Assembly (NCBI GenBank): GCA_018831265.1
Contig: JAHJCO010000041.1
Location: forward strand, 33,700 to 97,699
DNA: 64,000 nucleotides
Direction: 5' to 3'
Source: Actinomycetota bacterium
GTDB taxonomy: Bacteria > Actinomycetota > Geothermincolia > Fen-727 > Anoxymicrobiaceae
Made by a program: the position numbers and the translations under genes. Below, piece after piece: positions 16,831-25,519 of the stretch; position 1 is the first letter of the stretch; each line of letters opens with the position of its first letter. The notes beneath the pieces are model-generated. The model had not been told where the DNA came from. It saw only the letters and a program-made list of their open reading frames with translations, and ran no database searches.

Positions 16831-18369
16831 CTACCCGGTGGCAGGGAGCAGCTTCGCGAGCCCCCTGGTGCCCCGCAGGTCCTTCATAACCTCGCCGTAG
16901 GCGAAGAGCCCCGAGGTGATGCAGGTCTCCATGCCGCCGCCCATCCTCACCCACGCGTTCGCGAAGAAGAGCCGCTCCAGCGGGCCGCGGTTCGACAGGC
17001 GGAACGGCGGGCTGCCCGCCAGGTCGTAGTCGAACCCGAGGATGGAGCCTCCCGGGTTCCCACTGTAGCGCATGTTGGTGATGGGGGTGGAGACCTCCAC
17101 CACCGCGAGGTGGTCCTTCAAGCCCGGAAAGCGGCGGTCGGTCGCCTCGATCATCTCGCGGGCAATCCGGTCCTTGGTCTCGCGATAGCGGTCGGCGGGC
17201 AGGTGCGCCCACGGGGTGTAGTCGACCAGCGCGGTCAGCACCACCACCGAGGTGCCGGGTGGGGAGAACTCCGGGTCGGCGTGGTTGTAGTTGGTCACCG
17301 CCCAGTACGACGGCCGGTCCGTGGTGAACATCCTCAGGTACTGATCGTCGTAGTCGTACCCCTCGTTGATGAAGAACTCGTGCCCGTCGAGCCCCAGATC
17401 GGCGGCCGGGTGGTCGAGGCCCATGTACACGTTGAAGGTGGACACCGCGATGTGGCGACCCGCGAGGGCCTTGAGGTAATCGGCCGGCACCTTGTCCGGC
17501 CCGATGAGCGAGAAGCAGGTCGTGATGGGATTGGCGCTGCACACCACGAAGTCGGCCTTGTGCCTGCCGCCCTGCCCGGTCACCACCCCGGTGGCGCGAC
17601 CGTCGGCGACCTCGATGCTGACGACCCCGTCGCGAAGGTGCACCCGCCCACCGTTGTCCTCGATGGACTCGACGAACGCGTTGGAGAGCGCCTGGGTGGT
17701 CCCCTTGACGTGGTAGGGGCCGTGCTCGATATAGGAGGCGTTGGCGACGGCGAAGAGCAGCCAGGAGAGGCGCGAGGGCGGCAGTCCGTAGTACCCCCAG
17801 ATGTTGGTGAACAGCGCCTTCAGCCCGGGGTCCTTCATCTCGCGGTCGAGCGCCTGCGCTACTGTGATACCCATGGAGCGCACCAGGTCGCCGGCCTTGA
17901 AGGGGAGGGTCAGCGCGTCGGACGCCTTTGTGATCTTCGAGGCCTCGGCGGACGCGTCGTTTATCCTGCGCATGGCCTGCATTACCCTGCTTATCCCCTT
18001 GCGCTCCCGGGGGAACTGATCGCAGTATGCCTCCTCGGCCGCCTCCCAGCCGTGGGGCACCCTCACCGTGAAGTCGGGGAAGATGGAGGTGTAGAAGTCA
18101 TCTATCGGGAGGAACTCCACCCGGCGCGCGACGTCGCAACCCTCCAGCACGCGGTAGCACGAGCCGCGGTTGCCGGGTGGGCCGATGCCCGAGAGCTCGT
18201 GCAGCGAGGCCTCGAACTCGTACGGGCCCCGGACGAAGCTGCAGGCGTAGCCGCCCGGGTAGCTGTTGCGCTCGAAGACGTCCACCTCGAGGCCGGCCCT
18301 GGCGAGATAGGCCGCCGCCGAGAGCCCGCCGAGCCCCGCGCCTACCACGATCGCGCGCTTGTCTTTCAT
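16831..18369 (-). CDS. phytoene-desaturase-family (CrtI-like) FAD/NAD(P)-dependent oxidoreductase
   Basis: MKDKRAIVVGAGLGGLSAAAYLARAG...GGYACSF is the CrtI-family N-terminus. Start set to ATG 18369 (GGGGAG 5 nt upstream); the ORF-table start at 18513 is an upstream extension. Apparently cotranscribed with the downstream reductase. Confidence 0.8.
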   Translation of the reverse strand: MKDKRAIVVGAGLGGLSAAAYLARAGLEVDVFERNSYPGGYACSFVRGPYEFEASLHELSGIGPPGNRGSCYRVLEGCDVARRVEFLPIDDFYTSIFPDFTVRVPHGWEAAEEAYCDQFPRERKGISRVMQAMRRINDASAEASKITKASDALTLPFKAGDLVRSMGITVAQALDREMKDPGLKALFTNIWGYYGLPPSRLSWLLFAVANASYIEHGPYHVKGTTQALSNAFVESIEDNGGRVHLRDGVVSIEVADGRATGVVTGQGGRHKADFVVCSANPITTCFSLIGPDKVPADYLKALAGRHIAVSTFNVYMGLDHPAADLGLDGHEFFINEGYDYDDQYLRMFTTDRPSYWAVTNYNHADPEFSPPGTSVVVLTALVDYTPWAHLPADRYRETKDRIAREMIEATDRRFPGLKDHLAVVEVSTPITNMRYSGNPGGSILGFDYDLAGSPPFRLSNRGPLERLFFANAWVRMGGGMETCITSGLFAYGEVMKDLRGTRGLAKLLPATG

Positions 18370-18557
18370 GTCACTCCCCGCCCGAGCCGATAACAGATGA
18401 GTCGTGTGGCTATTCTCTTCCCACCCGGGGGACAACGCAAGGCCGCCGGCCCTTGTGCTACACAGGCAGCCATTAGCGTTAGAATGGTGCAAAAGGGTCA
18501 GGCACTTTTGCACGAGTCGAGGAACAGCCCCTGGAAGAAGACGGGAGGGTCCCTGCG

Positions 18558-20831
18558 ATGAGGACGAGCAGATTCGTACTGATAGGCGTTACTGTCTGCG
18601 CACTGGCGATGCCCGCGAGCGCGGCGGCGGTCGCCCAGCCCGTGATCCAGGGGTGGGTCGAACAGGTCTCCGGGGTTACGCACAGGCTGCAGTCCGTCGG
18701 CGCGGTCAGCCAGGATGTGGCATGGGCGGTGGGCACCAACGATACCATCCTCAAGACGACGGACGGCTCGACCTGGCAGGCGCAGGCCTCCGGGACCACC
18801 GGTGAGGACTTCGCCTGCGTCGACGCCCTGGACGCCAGCAACGCCTGGATCGTGGGCGATGGGGGCACGGTGCTGCGCACCACCAACGGGACCGCCTGGA
18901 ACCCGCCGCCGGCGCCGGTGCCGACGGGCACCAAGAACCTGAGGGGCGTGAAGATGCTCAGCGCCACCACGGTCTGGATAGTGGGCTACGACGGGACCAT
19001 CCTGAAGACGACCGACGGCGGTACCGTCTGGGACAACCAGAGTGTAGCGGGAAAGAGCCTGTGGAGCATAGATGCCACCGACTCGAACCACGCCTTCGCG
19101 GTCGGAGACGAGGGCAGGGTCGTCAGGACCATCAACGGCGGGGGCACCTGGTACGAGCGCGACCCGGGGACGACGAGTAAGCTGCGGGGAGTGGTGATGA
19201 CCGACTCCAACACCGCCTGGGCGGTCGGGTACAACGGGACCATCGTGAAGACCACCAACAGCGGGACCAACTGGACGACGCAGCCCAGCCCGACCGACGA
19301 CATCCTCTTCGACATAAGCGCGGCGGGCTCGAACACGGCATGGACGGTCGGGTACAACGATTTCAGCAGCCTGGGCGGGTTCATACTCCAGACGGGGAAC
19401 GGGGGAAACGGCTGGTTCAAGCAGCCCGCCCCCCCGGTCGGCGACCTGTACGGCGTGTCCGCCGTGGACGCCAACACCGCCTGGGCGGTGGGGGCCGGCG
19501 GAACGATCCTAAAGACCGAGAACGGGGGCGAGTCACTGACCACCTGGTACCTGGCGGAGGGATCCTCCGACTGGGGCTTCGAGACCTTCATCGCCATCGA
19601 GAACCCCAACACGGTGCCGGTCACCGCGGAGGTGACCTACCAGACCAGGGACGGCGAGCAGACACGCCCGGACCTGCCGCTCGCCGCGCAGTCCCAGGTG
19701 GTCATCGATCCCAGGGGCGACGTGGGTGCGACCGACTTTTCGACCAGGGTCGAGTGTAAGGAAGGCTATACCATCGCGGTGGACAGGCGCATGATGTGGA
19801 CCGGCCCTGGCGCCGGCTGCCAGGAGTCCCACAGCTCGGTGGGGGTGACCGCCCCCGACACGACCTGGTTCCTCCCCGAGGGTTCCTCCAAGTGGGGTTT
19901 CGAGTGCTGGCTCCTCGTTCAGAACCCCAACGGCGCCCAGGCGAACTGCGAGGTCACCTACATGATAGAAGGCGAAGGGCCTCAGGTGATCGCGCATACT
20001 GTACCGGCGAACTCGAGGGCTTCTTTCGACATGTCACAGGACATCGGCGCGAAGGACGCCTCGATCCGCGTGGACTCGGACCTGCCGGTGATCCCCGAGA
20101 GGGCGATGTACCGGTACAACCGGCGCGAGGGCCACGAATCCATCGGGACCATCAACCCTTCGATGGACTACTACCTGGCCGAGGGGTGCACTTCCTACGG
20201 TTTCACGTCCTTCATCCTGGTGCAGAACCCCCAGGCGACGGCCACCGATGTCACTGTGACGTACATGACCGGCGCGGGGCCCGTGGACATGCCCGTCTTC
20301 AGGATGGAGCCCAACACCAGGCGGACCATAAACGTGAACGCCGAGGCGGTGCTCCCCGATCCCAACTTCTCGACCCGGGTCCACGGCACGCAGCCCATAA
20401 TCGCCGAGCGGGCCATGTACTGGGACCGCGGGTACGGCGAGGCCTGTCACGACTCAATAGGCATGCCCGCCCCGGACTACGTGTTCTACCTGCCGGACGG
20501 GGATTCCAGCCCACAGTTCGAGACCTGGACGCTCATCCAGAACCCGAACCCCGTGGATGCCCAGGTGATCGTCTCGTACTTCAGGCCCAACGGGCAGGGA
20601 AACGTGACGAAGATGGAGACGATCCCCGCCAACAGCCGGAGGACCTACGAGATGGGAGCGCACTCGGGTGCCGCCGGCCGCGCGGCGGTGATGGTCAGCA
20701 GCGACCCCGAAGCGGGCCGCCCGGTGATGGTCGAGCGCTCCATGTACTGGCCCAGGGAGAGCGTGAACCCCTCGCTGTGCAGGGGCGCCGGCACGGACAC
20801 GATCGGCGGTTCTTCGAGCTTCCAACCGTAG
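18558..20831 (+). CDS. secreted protein: 7-bladed BNR/Ycf48-like beta-propeller + 4 tandem 'WYLAEG...QNP...ERAMY' modules
   Basis: Signal peptide MRTSRFVLIGVTVCALAMPASAAAVA. Seven WAVG..GTILKTTDGG.TW blades. The same ~110-aa module as genes 251-3019, 21031-23712 and 33512-35851. Confidence 0.8.
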   Translation: MRTSRFVLIGVTVCALAMPASAAAVAQPVIQGWVEQVSGVTHRLQSVGAVSQDVAWAVGTNDTILKTTDGSTWQAQASGTTGEDFACVDALDASNAWIVGDGGTVLRTTNGTAWNPPPAPVPTGTKNLRGVKMLSATTVWIVGYDGTILKTTDGGTVWDNQSVAGKSLWSIDATDSNHAFAVGDEGRVVRTINGGGTWYERDPGTTSKLRGVVMTDSNTAWAVGYNGTIVKTTNSGTNWTTQPSPTDDILFDISAAGSNTAWTVGYNDFSSLGGFILQTGNGGNGWFKQPAPPVGDLYGVSAVDANTAWAVGAGGTILKTENGGESLTTWYLAEGSSDWGFETFIAIENPNTVPVTAEVTYQTRDGEQTRPDLPLAAQSQVVIDPRGDVGATDFSTRVECKEGYTIAVDRRMMWTGPGAGCQESHSSVGVTAPDTTWFLPEGSSKWGFECWLLVQNPNGAQANCEVTYMIEGEGPQVIAHTVPANSRASFDMSQDIGAKDASIRVDSDLPVIPERAMYRYNRREGHESIGTINPSMDYYLAEGCTSYGFTSFILVQNPQATATDVTVTYMTGAGPVDMPVFRMEPNTRRTINVNAEAVLPDPNFSTRVHGTQPIIAERAMYWDRGYGEACHDSIGMPAPDYVFYLPDGDSSPQFETWTLIQNPNPVDAQVIVSYFRPNGQGNVTKMETIPANSRRTYEMGAHSGAAGRAAVMVSSDPEAGRPVMVERSMYWPRESVNPSLCRGAGTDTIGGSSSFQP

Positions 20832-20854
20832 CGCCGGCATCCTGCCGACTAAGA

Positions 20855-20950
20855 TCGGGGTCAGGCACGATTCAAGTCACAAGCTGATTGAGCCCGGCCT
20901 CTCAGGCCGGGATCTGACTCAGTTTGGGGTCAGGCACCATTCAATTCACT
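20855..20950. repeat. composite intergenic repeat: GGGGTCAGGCACGATTCAAGTCA - GATTGAGCCCGGCCTCTCAGGCCGGGA (hairpin) - GGGGTCAGGCACCATTCAATTCA
   Basis: Units recur at 27567-27650, 28003-28045 (reverse complement), 42748-42800, 46640-46665 and 23706-23760 (variant), always intergenic. Confidence 0.75.
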
Positions 20951-21030
20951 CGTAAAGAATCGGGCACCGGGGTCGTCTACCGGTTAAAGGACGCACCAGC
21001 TCGAACCGAATAACTGGTAGAGGGCCGAAA

Positions 21031-23712
21031 ATGAAGGCTGGAACAGTGGCGGTGGCGCGGATAGCGCTCCTCTTCGTCGTCCTGGCGGTGATGGGGACGG
21101 TGCCCGCGCGCGCGGCAGGCAGTACGGGCGGGGATGCGCAGACCTACTACGTGTCCCCGTCCGGCCTCGACTCCAATCCGGGGACGCTCGACAAGCCCTT
21201 CAAGACACCTGGTTACGCCTCAAAGCAGATCCAGGCGGGCGATACCCTCATCATCCAGGGCGGCCGGTACGTGCTCTCCACCTTCTACGACGACATGATC
21301 ACCCCCCCGACCGGGACCGCTACCGCGCCGATAATCATCAAGGGGGAGGAAGGAAACCGCCCCGTGCTCGCCGGGCGCGACAACCTCTTCTCGGCGGTGG
21401 ATATCGGGGGGACCAGCTACATAACCATCGAGAACCTGGAGATAACCTCCGACAACGGGGCGCTGTTCCGGGGAGGTATCGCCGGGTCGAGCGGGCCGGT
21501 CGATCACCTGACGCTGAAAGATCTCTATATCCACCATATAGACGAGGGAGCGATGGACTTCGCGGACCTCTCGGCCGCGATCATCCAGGGCTGCGTGATG
21601 TCGTACTGCGGGTTCGGCTGCCTGGGCGGGCCCGTGGGCCAGCAGGGGGGATGGCGCGACGTCACCGTGCGCGGCTGCACTCTCTCCTACTCGGGGCACT
21701 ACTACCAGGGCGGCCCGGGGCCGAGCCCCTACGACCGGCCGGACGGGTTCGGGGTCGAGCCCTCCGAGGGGCCCATTGAGATCGTGGACACGGTCGCCGA
21801 GCACAACAGGGGCGACGGGCTGGACTCCAAGTGCAGGAACACCCATATCCACGAGTGCGTGGTCGCGAACAACTCCTGCGACGGGGTGAAGCTCTGGGGC
21901 GACGGCAGCCGGGTCGAGAACACGCTCGTCTACGGCACGGGCGACGGAGTGGGCGGCGCCTCTCCCTGGGCGGGGCTGGTCATCGGCACCGAGCAGGAGG
22001 GCGCGGACTTCGAGATAGTGAACTGCGCCATTGCCGACAACCCCGAGCGGGAGGCGTACCCGATGTACGTCGAGTACGGGGGGGCGGCCAACATCAGCGT
22101 CCTGTTCCGCAACAACATCGTCGCCGACGGCTACGGGGCGCCGTACTTCGCGCCCGAGGCCGACCTCACGCTCGACCACTGCATCCTCTACAGCCCGGAC
22201 CACCCCGACAACTCGCTGGAGGCGAACGGGAAGACCTACAGCGCCGACGAGCTGGAGGCCGGGGCGGTCGGGGAGGGAGTCCTGTGCGACGACCCGAAGT
22301 TCCTGCAGCCTGCCTGGGGCTCGGCCGGTGATTACCACCTGGAGGCGGGAAGCCCGGCAATCGACTCCGGGTCGTCGGACGGCGCTCCGGCCATCGACCT
22401 GGACGGTGCGGCCCGACCGTTCGGCGCGGGGTACGACATCGGCCCCTACGAGTACGGGGCTTTGAGGCCGGTCACGGGAGAGAGGACCTGGGGGACCGGC
22501 GCTCCGGGGGTCACGCAGCCCGGGGTCACCTGGTACCTGGCCGAGGGCTGCACCGCCGGAGGGTTCGAGACCTGGGTCCTGGTGCAGAATCCGAATAGCA
22601 CGCCCGCAACCGTGGACATCACCTACATGACCGGGGAGGGGGAGAAGCCCGGGCCCCGCGTCACCCTCCCGCCGGACTCGAGGGCGACGGTGAACGCGGC
22701 CGACACGGTGGGACAGGCCTGGGAGGTCTCGGCGAAGGCGTCCTCCAACGTACCGGTGGTTGTGGAGCGCGCCATGTACTGGGGCGGCCGGACCGGGGCC
22801 CACGGCTCGACGGGGGTGAGCGGGCCGGCAACGGACTGGTACCTGGCCGAGGGCTGTACCGCCGGCGGCTTCGAGACCTGGGTGCTCCTGCAGAACCCCG
22901 GAAGCGTCGAAGCCAACGCACAGCTCACTTTCATGACGGATACCGGACAGGTAACGGGCCCTTTAGTGGTATTGCCCCCGGGCACGCGCCGGACGGTGAA
23001 CGTCGCGGAGACGGTGGGCGAGGCCTGGAACGTTTCCACCGGGGTTGACTCCGATGAGCCGGTCGTCGCCGAGCGGGCGATGTACTGGAACGGGCGCGCG
23101 GGCGGCCACGACTCGGTGGGGGTGACGGCGGCCTCGAAGACCTGGTACCTCGCCGAGGGCTCCACCGGGGGCACGTTCGAGACCTGGCTTCTGCTGCAGA
23201 ACCCGGGAGACGTGCAGGCAAACGCGCAGGTGACCTTCATGACGGACGCCGGGCCGGTCACCGGCCCTTCGGTGGGGTTGCCCCCGGGCACGCGCCGGAC
23301 GGTCAACGTCGCGGAGACGGTGGGGGCGCAGTGGAGCGTATCCACCGAGGTGTCGTCAGACCAGCAGGTCGTCGCGGAGCGGGCGGTCTACTGGGACGGG
23401 CGGCGTGAGGGCCACGACTCGGCCGGGGTAACCTCGCGAGGCAAGACCTGGTATGTAGCCGAGGGCTGCACGGGCCAGGGTTTTCAGACCTGGATACTGG
23501 TACAGAACCCGGGCACGCAGAACGCCACGGTGAGCCTGGAGTACATGACGGGTAGCCGACAGGTGACCGGTCCCACGCTCATCCTCGGCCCCCGGACTCG
23601 CCGCACGGTGAACGTCGCCGACACCTGCCCTGGCGAATGGAGCGTCTCCACGAAGGTCACCTCCAGCCACGACATCACCGTCGAACGCGCCGTGTACGGC
23701 GTATCCCCTTGA
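21031..23712 (+). CDS. secreted protein: right-handed parallel beta-helix (pectate-lyase/DUF1565-like) head + 4 tandem 'WYLAEG...QNP...ERAMY' modules
   Basis: Signal peptide; YYVSPSGLDSNPGTLDKPFKT... and NNSCDGVKL... coils indicate a beta-helix fold, followed by four clear module repeats. Confidence 0.8.
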   Translation: MKAGTVAVARIALLFVVLAVMGTVPARAAGSTGGDAQTYYVSPSGLDSNPGTLDKPFKTPGYASKQIQAGDTLIIQGGRYVLSTFYDDMITPPTGTATAPIIIKGEEGNRPVLAGRDNLFSAVDIGGTSYITIENLEITSDNGALFRGGIAGSSGPVDHLTLKDLYIHHIDEGAMDFADLSAAIIQGCVMSYCGFGCLGGPVGQQGGWRDVTVRGCTLSYSGHYYQGGPGPSPYDRPDGFGVEPSEGPIEIVDTVAEHNRGDGLDSKCRNTHIHECVVANNSCDGVKLWGDGSRVENTLVYGTGDGVGGASPWAGLVIGTEQEGADFEIVNCAIADNPEREAYPMYVEYGGAANISVLFRNNIVADGYGAPYFAPEADLTLDHCILYSPDHPDNSLEANGKTYSADELEAGAVGEGVLCDDPKFLQPAWGSAGDYHLEAGSPAIDSGSSDGAPAIDLDGAARPFGAGYDIGPYEYGALRPVTGERTWGTGAPGVTQPGVTWYLAEGCTAGGFETWVLVQNPNSTPATVDITYMTGEGEKPGPRVTLPPDSRATVNAADTVGQAWEVSAKASSNVPVVVERAMYWGGRTGAHGSTGVSGPATDWYLAEGCTAGGFETWVLLQNPGSVEANAQLTFMTDTGQVTGPLVVLPPGTRRTVNVAETVGEAWNVSTGVDSDEPVVAERAMYWNGRAGGHDSVGVTAASKTWYLAEGSTGGTFETWLLLQNPGDVQANAQVTFMTDAGPVTGPSVGLPPGTRRTVNVAETVGAQWSVSTEVSSDQQVVAERAVYWDGRREGHDSAGVTSRGKTWYVAEGCTGQGFQTWILVQNPGTQNATVSLEYMTGSRQVTGPTLILGPRTRRTVNVADTCPGEWSVSTKVTSSHDITVERAVYGVSP

Positions 23713-23887
23713 GCCCATGCTTGAGCCCGGGCTCTAAGCCCGGGATTCATTCGGGGATTGGGCGCGGACTTCAGTCCGCTGACGGATCGCCTACCGGGAC
23801 TGAAGTCCCGGCCCAACCTCACTGCTGATTGGGAGCGGACTTCAGTCCGCTGACGGATCGGGCTTGGGCGCGGACTTCAGTCCGCGA
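23706..23887. repeat. GAGCCCGGGCTCTAAGCCCGGG hairpin + 4 GGACTTCAGTCC/GGACTGAAGTCC units (same element as 3052-3168)
   Basis: Read directly. Shared spacer CCTCACTGCTGATTGGG. Confidence 0.75.
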
Positions 23888-23928
23888 ATAATGGTCCGAT
23901 TCGAACAGGACTTAATCCCTGGCTCGGA

Positions 23929-24855
23929 TCAGTCCCACGCCTCGGGCATCACGGTCGGCCTGCCGTCTCTAACCTCGTGGTACGGCTGGCGCATGCCTTT
24001 CTCCAGCCTCTCCAGGCTCTCGACCCGCTCCTGCACGCCTGCCATCGAGGGCGGCACGAACATCATCACAGGTCGTACTCTGAACGGCGTCACCCTTTTC
24101 TTTTTCACCAACCACGAGACCTGGACAATCGCCTCTATGAGCGCACGTGGGTTCCCGGTGACCCTAGCGGCCAGGGTATCGGCGAGGACCCCCGGACGAT
24201 TCATGTACTCGTTGGCACCGAGCGCGAACCTGTGCCTGATCTCGTCGGAGAGCACCGGACCCCCCTCCACGGAGCCGCGCCTCTGCAGGGGGACGGCCGG
24301 TTTGGGCATGAGGATCAGCCTGGCGAGGATCGCCGCCATCACCGCCTCGACCTGCTGGTCGGATAGGTCCTGCTCCAGGAGCGTCGGGGTCACCGCCAGG
24401 CCGCGGCCCCCGGGTAGCACGTACGCGTTGGGCGACGGCAGGTCCATCACCTCCATGGGCGGGGCCTGTATCCCAAGCCCGATGCAGACCGCGTCGAGTG
24501 CCTCCCTGAATACGTGGCACCTTCTCGTGTTGTATGCCCTGGCGCGCCGACGCCCCCTTGCCGTGAAGCGTGATGCGTTGAGCTGTCGCCGGAGCATTAC
24601 TGCCAGCGCGAATCCACCTGCCACAGCCAGCGCTATCCCCAGGATGAGCCGGGCAACCCCTGCGGCGGCAGAGGGTTGCGGACCGACACGACTAACCGAC
24701 CCGAATGTGGAGATGAGCATCAGGATGCCCGCGACGGAAAGTATGAGGCTGAAGATCACGAGGATGTACCGGGCTCCATCCTTCGCCGGGTCGGCCGCGG
24801 CCCCCCGTGGCAATGGCTCGGCGGGCGGACGAGACCCGGTCGGATGCTCAGTCAC
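23929..24855 (-). CDS. membrane protein, catalytically degenerate M48/HtpX-like peptidase homolog (HEXXH replaced)
   Basis: N-terminal TM helices. ...SPNAYVLPGGRGLAVTPTLLEQDLSDQQVEAVMAAILARL aligns with the M48 zinc-binding region PNAFA..G..AVAVTtGLL..L..dELeAVLAHELGH, but His/Glu/His become Ala/Ile/Arg. The C-terminus PPSMAGVQERVESLERL resembles the M48 C-terminal helix. Confidence 0.5.
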   Translation of the reverse strand: MTEHPTGSRPPAEPLPRGAAADPAKDGARYILVIFSLILSVAGILMLISTFGSVSRVGPQPSAAAGVARLILGIALAVAGGFALAVMLRRQLNASRFTARGRRRARAYNTRRCHVFREALDAVCIGLGIQAPPMEVMDLPSPNAYVLPGGRGLAVTPTLLEQDLSDQQVEAVMAAILARLILMPKPAVPLQRRGSVEGGPVLSDEIRHRFALGANEYMNRPGVLADTLAARVTGNPRALIEAIVQVSWLVKKKRVTPFRVRPVMMFVPPSMAGVQERVESLERLEKGMRQPYHEVRDGRPTVMPEAWD

Positions 24856-24859
24856 GCAG

Positions 24860-25519
24860 TCACTCCCAGTACTCGGGTGTCAGGGAAGGCTTGCCCTCCC
24901 TGACCTCGTGGTGAGGCTCACGCACGCCTCTCTCCAGTCGCTCCAGGTTCTCGATCCTCTCCCGGATGCCGGCAAGCGAGAATGGAACGAACATCATCGG
25001 CGGCGATAGTCCAAAGGGGATCGTAACCCTGTACTCGCCCAGGATCACCGAGATTCTATTGATCGCCGAAATCAAGGCAAGCGGCTGACTGGTGATTCTT
25101 GCCGCCAGGGTGTCGGCGACGATGTCGGTCCGCTCCGAGTAGGGCCAATCGTGAAGGTCGTACTTCTTCCTGACCTCCGTGGGTGTCATTGAGTCGCTGT
25201 CAGGTGAACCTCGCGGCCTCAGCGGGTTCTTCCTGTCGGCTTCGAGGACGATCTTAGCCACCCCATCAGCCATGACCGCTTCCACCTCCAGATGCGAAAG
25301 GTCCTGCATGAGGAGCAGGGGTGTCACGGCAAGGCCTGCTCCGCGAGGCATCACGAAAGAGTTTGGAGCCGCGAGGTCTGCGACTACGAGAGGCGGGGTC
25401 TCTATACCGACCCCGATGCTCACACCGTCTAGGGCATCCCTGAAGACGTGATATCGACTTCGATCATAATCATCCGAGGACCTCAGGAACCGCCTTCCAC
25501 CCGTAAGGATTCGTTTCAC
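24860..25519 (-). CDS. tandem paralog of 23929-24855 (degenerate M48-like, no N-terminal TM region)
   Basis: Clearly alignable to its neighbour (RYHVFRDALDGVSIGVGIETPP...MMFVPFSLAGIRERIENLERLERG). The active-site stretch reads LEVEAVMADGVAKI, with no HEXXH. Confidence 0.5.
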   Translation of the reverse strand: MKRILTGGRRFLRSSDDYDRSRYHVFRDALDGVSIGVGIETPPLVVADLAAPNSFVMPRGAGLAVTPLLLMQDLSHLEVEAVMADGVAKIVLEADRKNPLRPRGSPDSDSMTPTEVRKKYDLHDWPYSERTDIVADTLAARITSQPLALISAINRISVILGEYRVTIPFGLSPPMMFVPFSLAGIRERIENLERLERGVREPHHEVREGKPSLTPEYWE

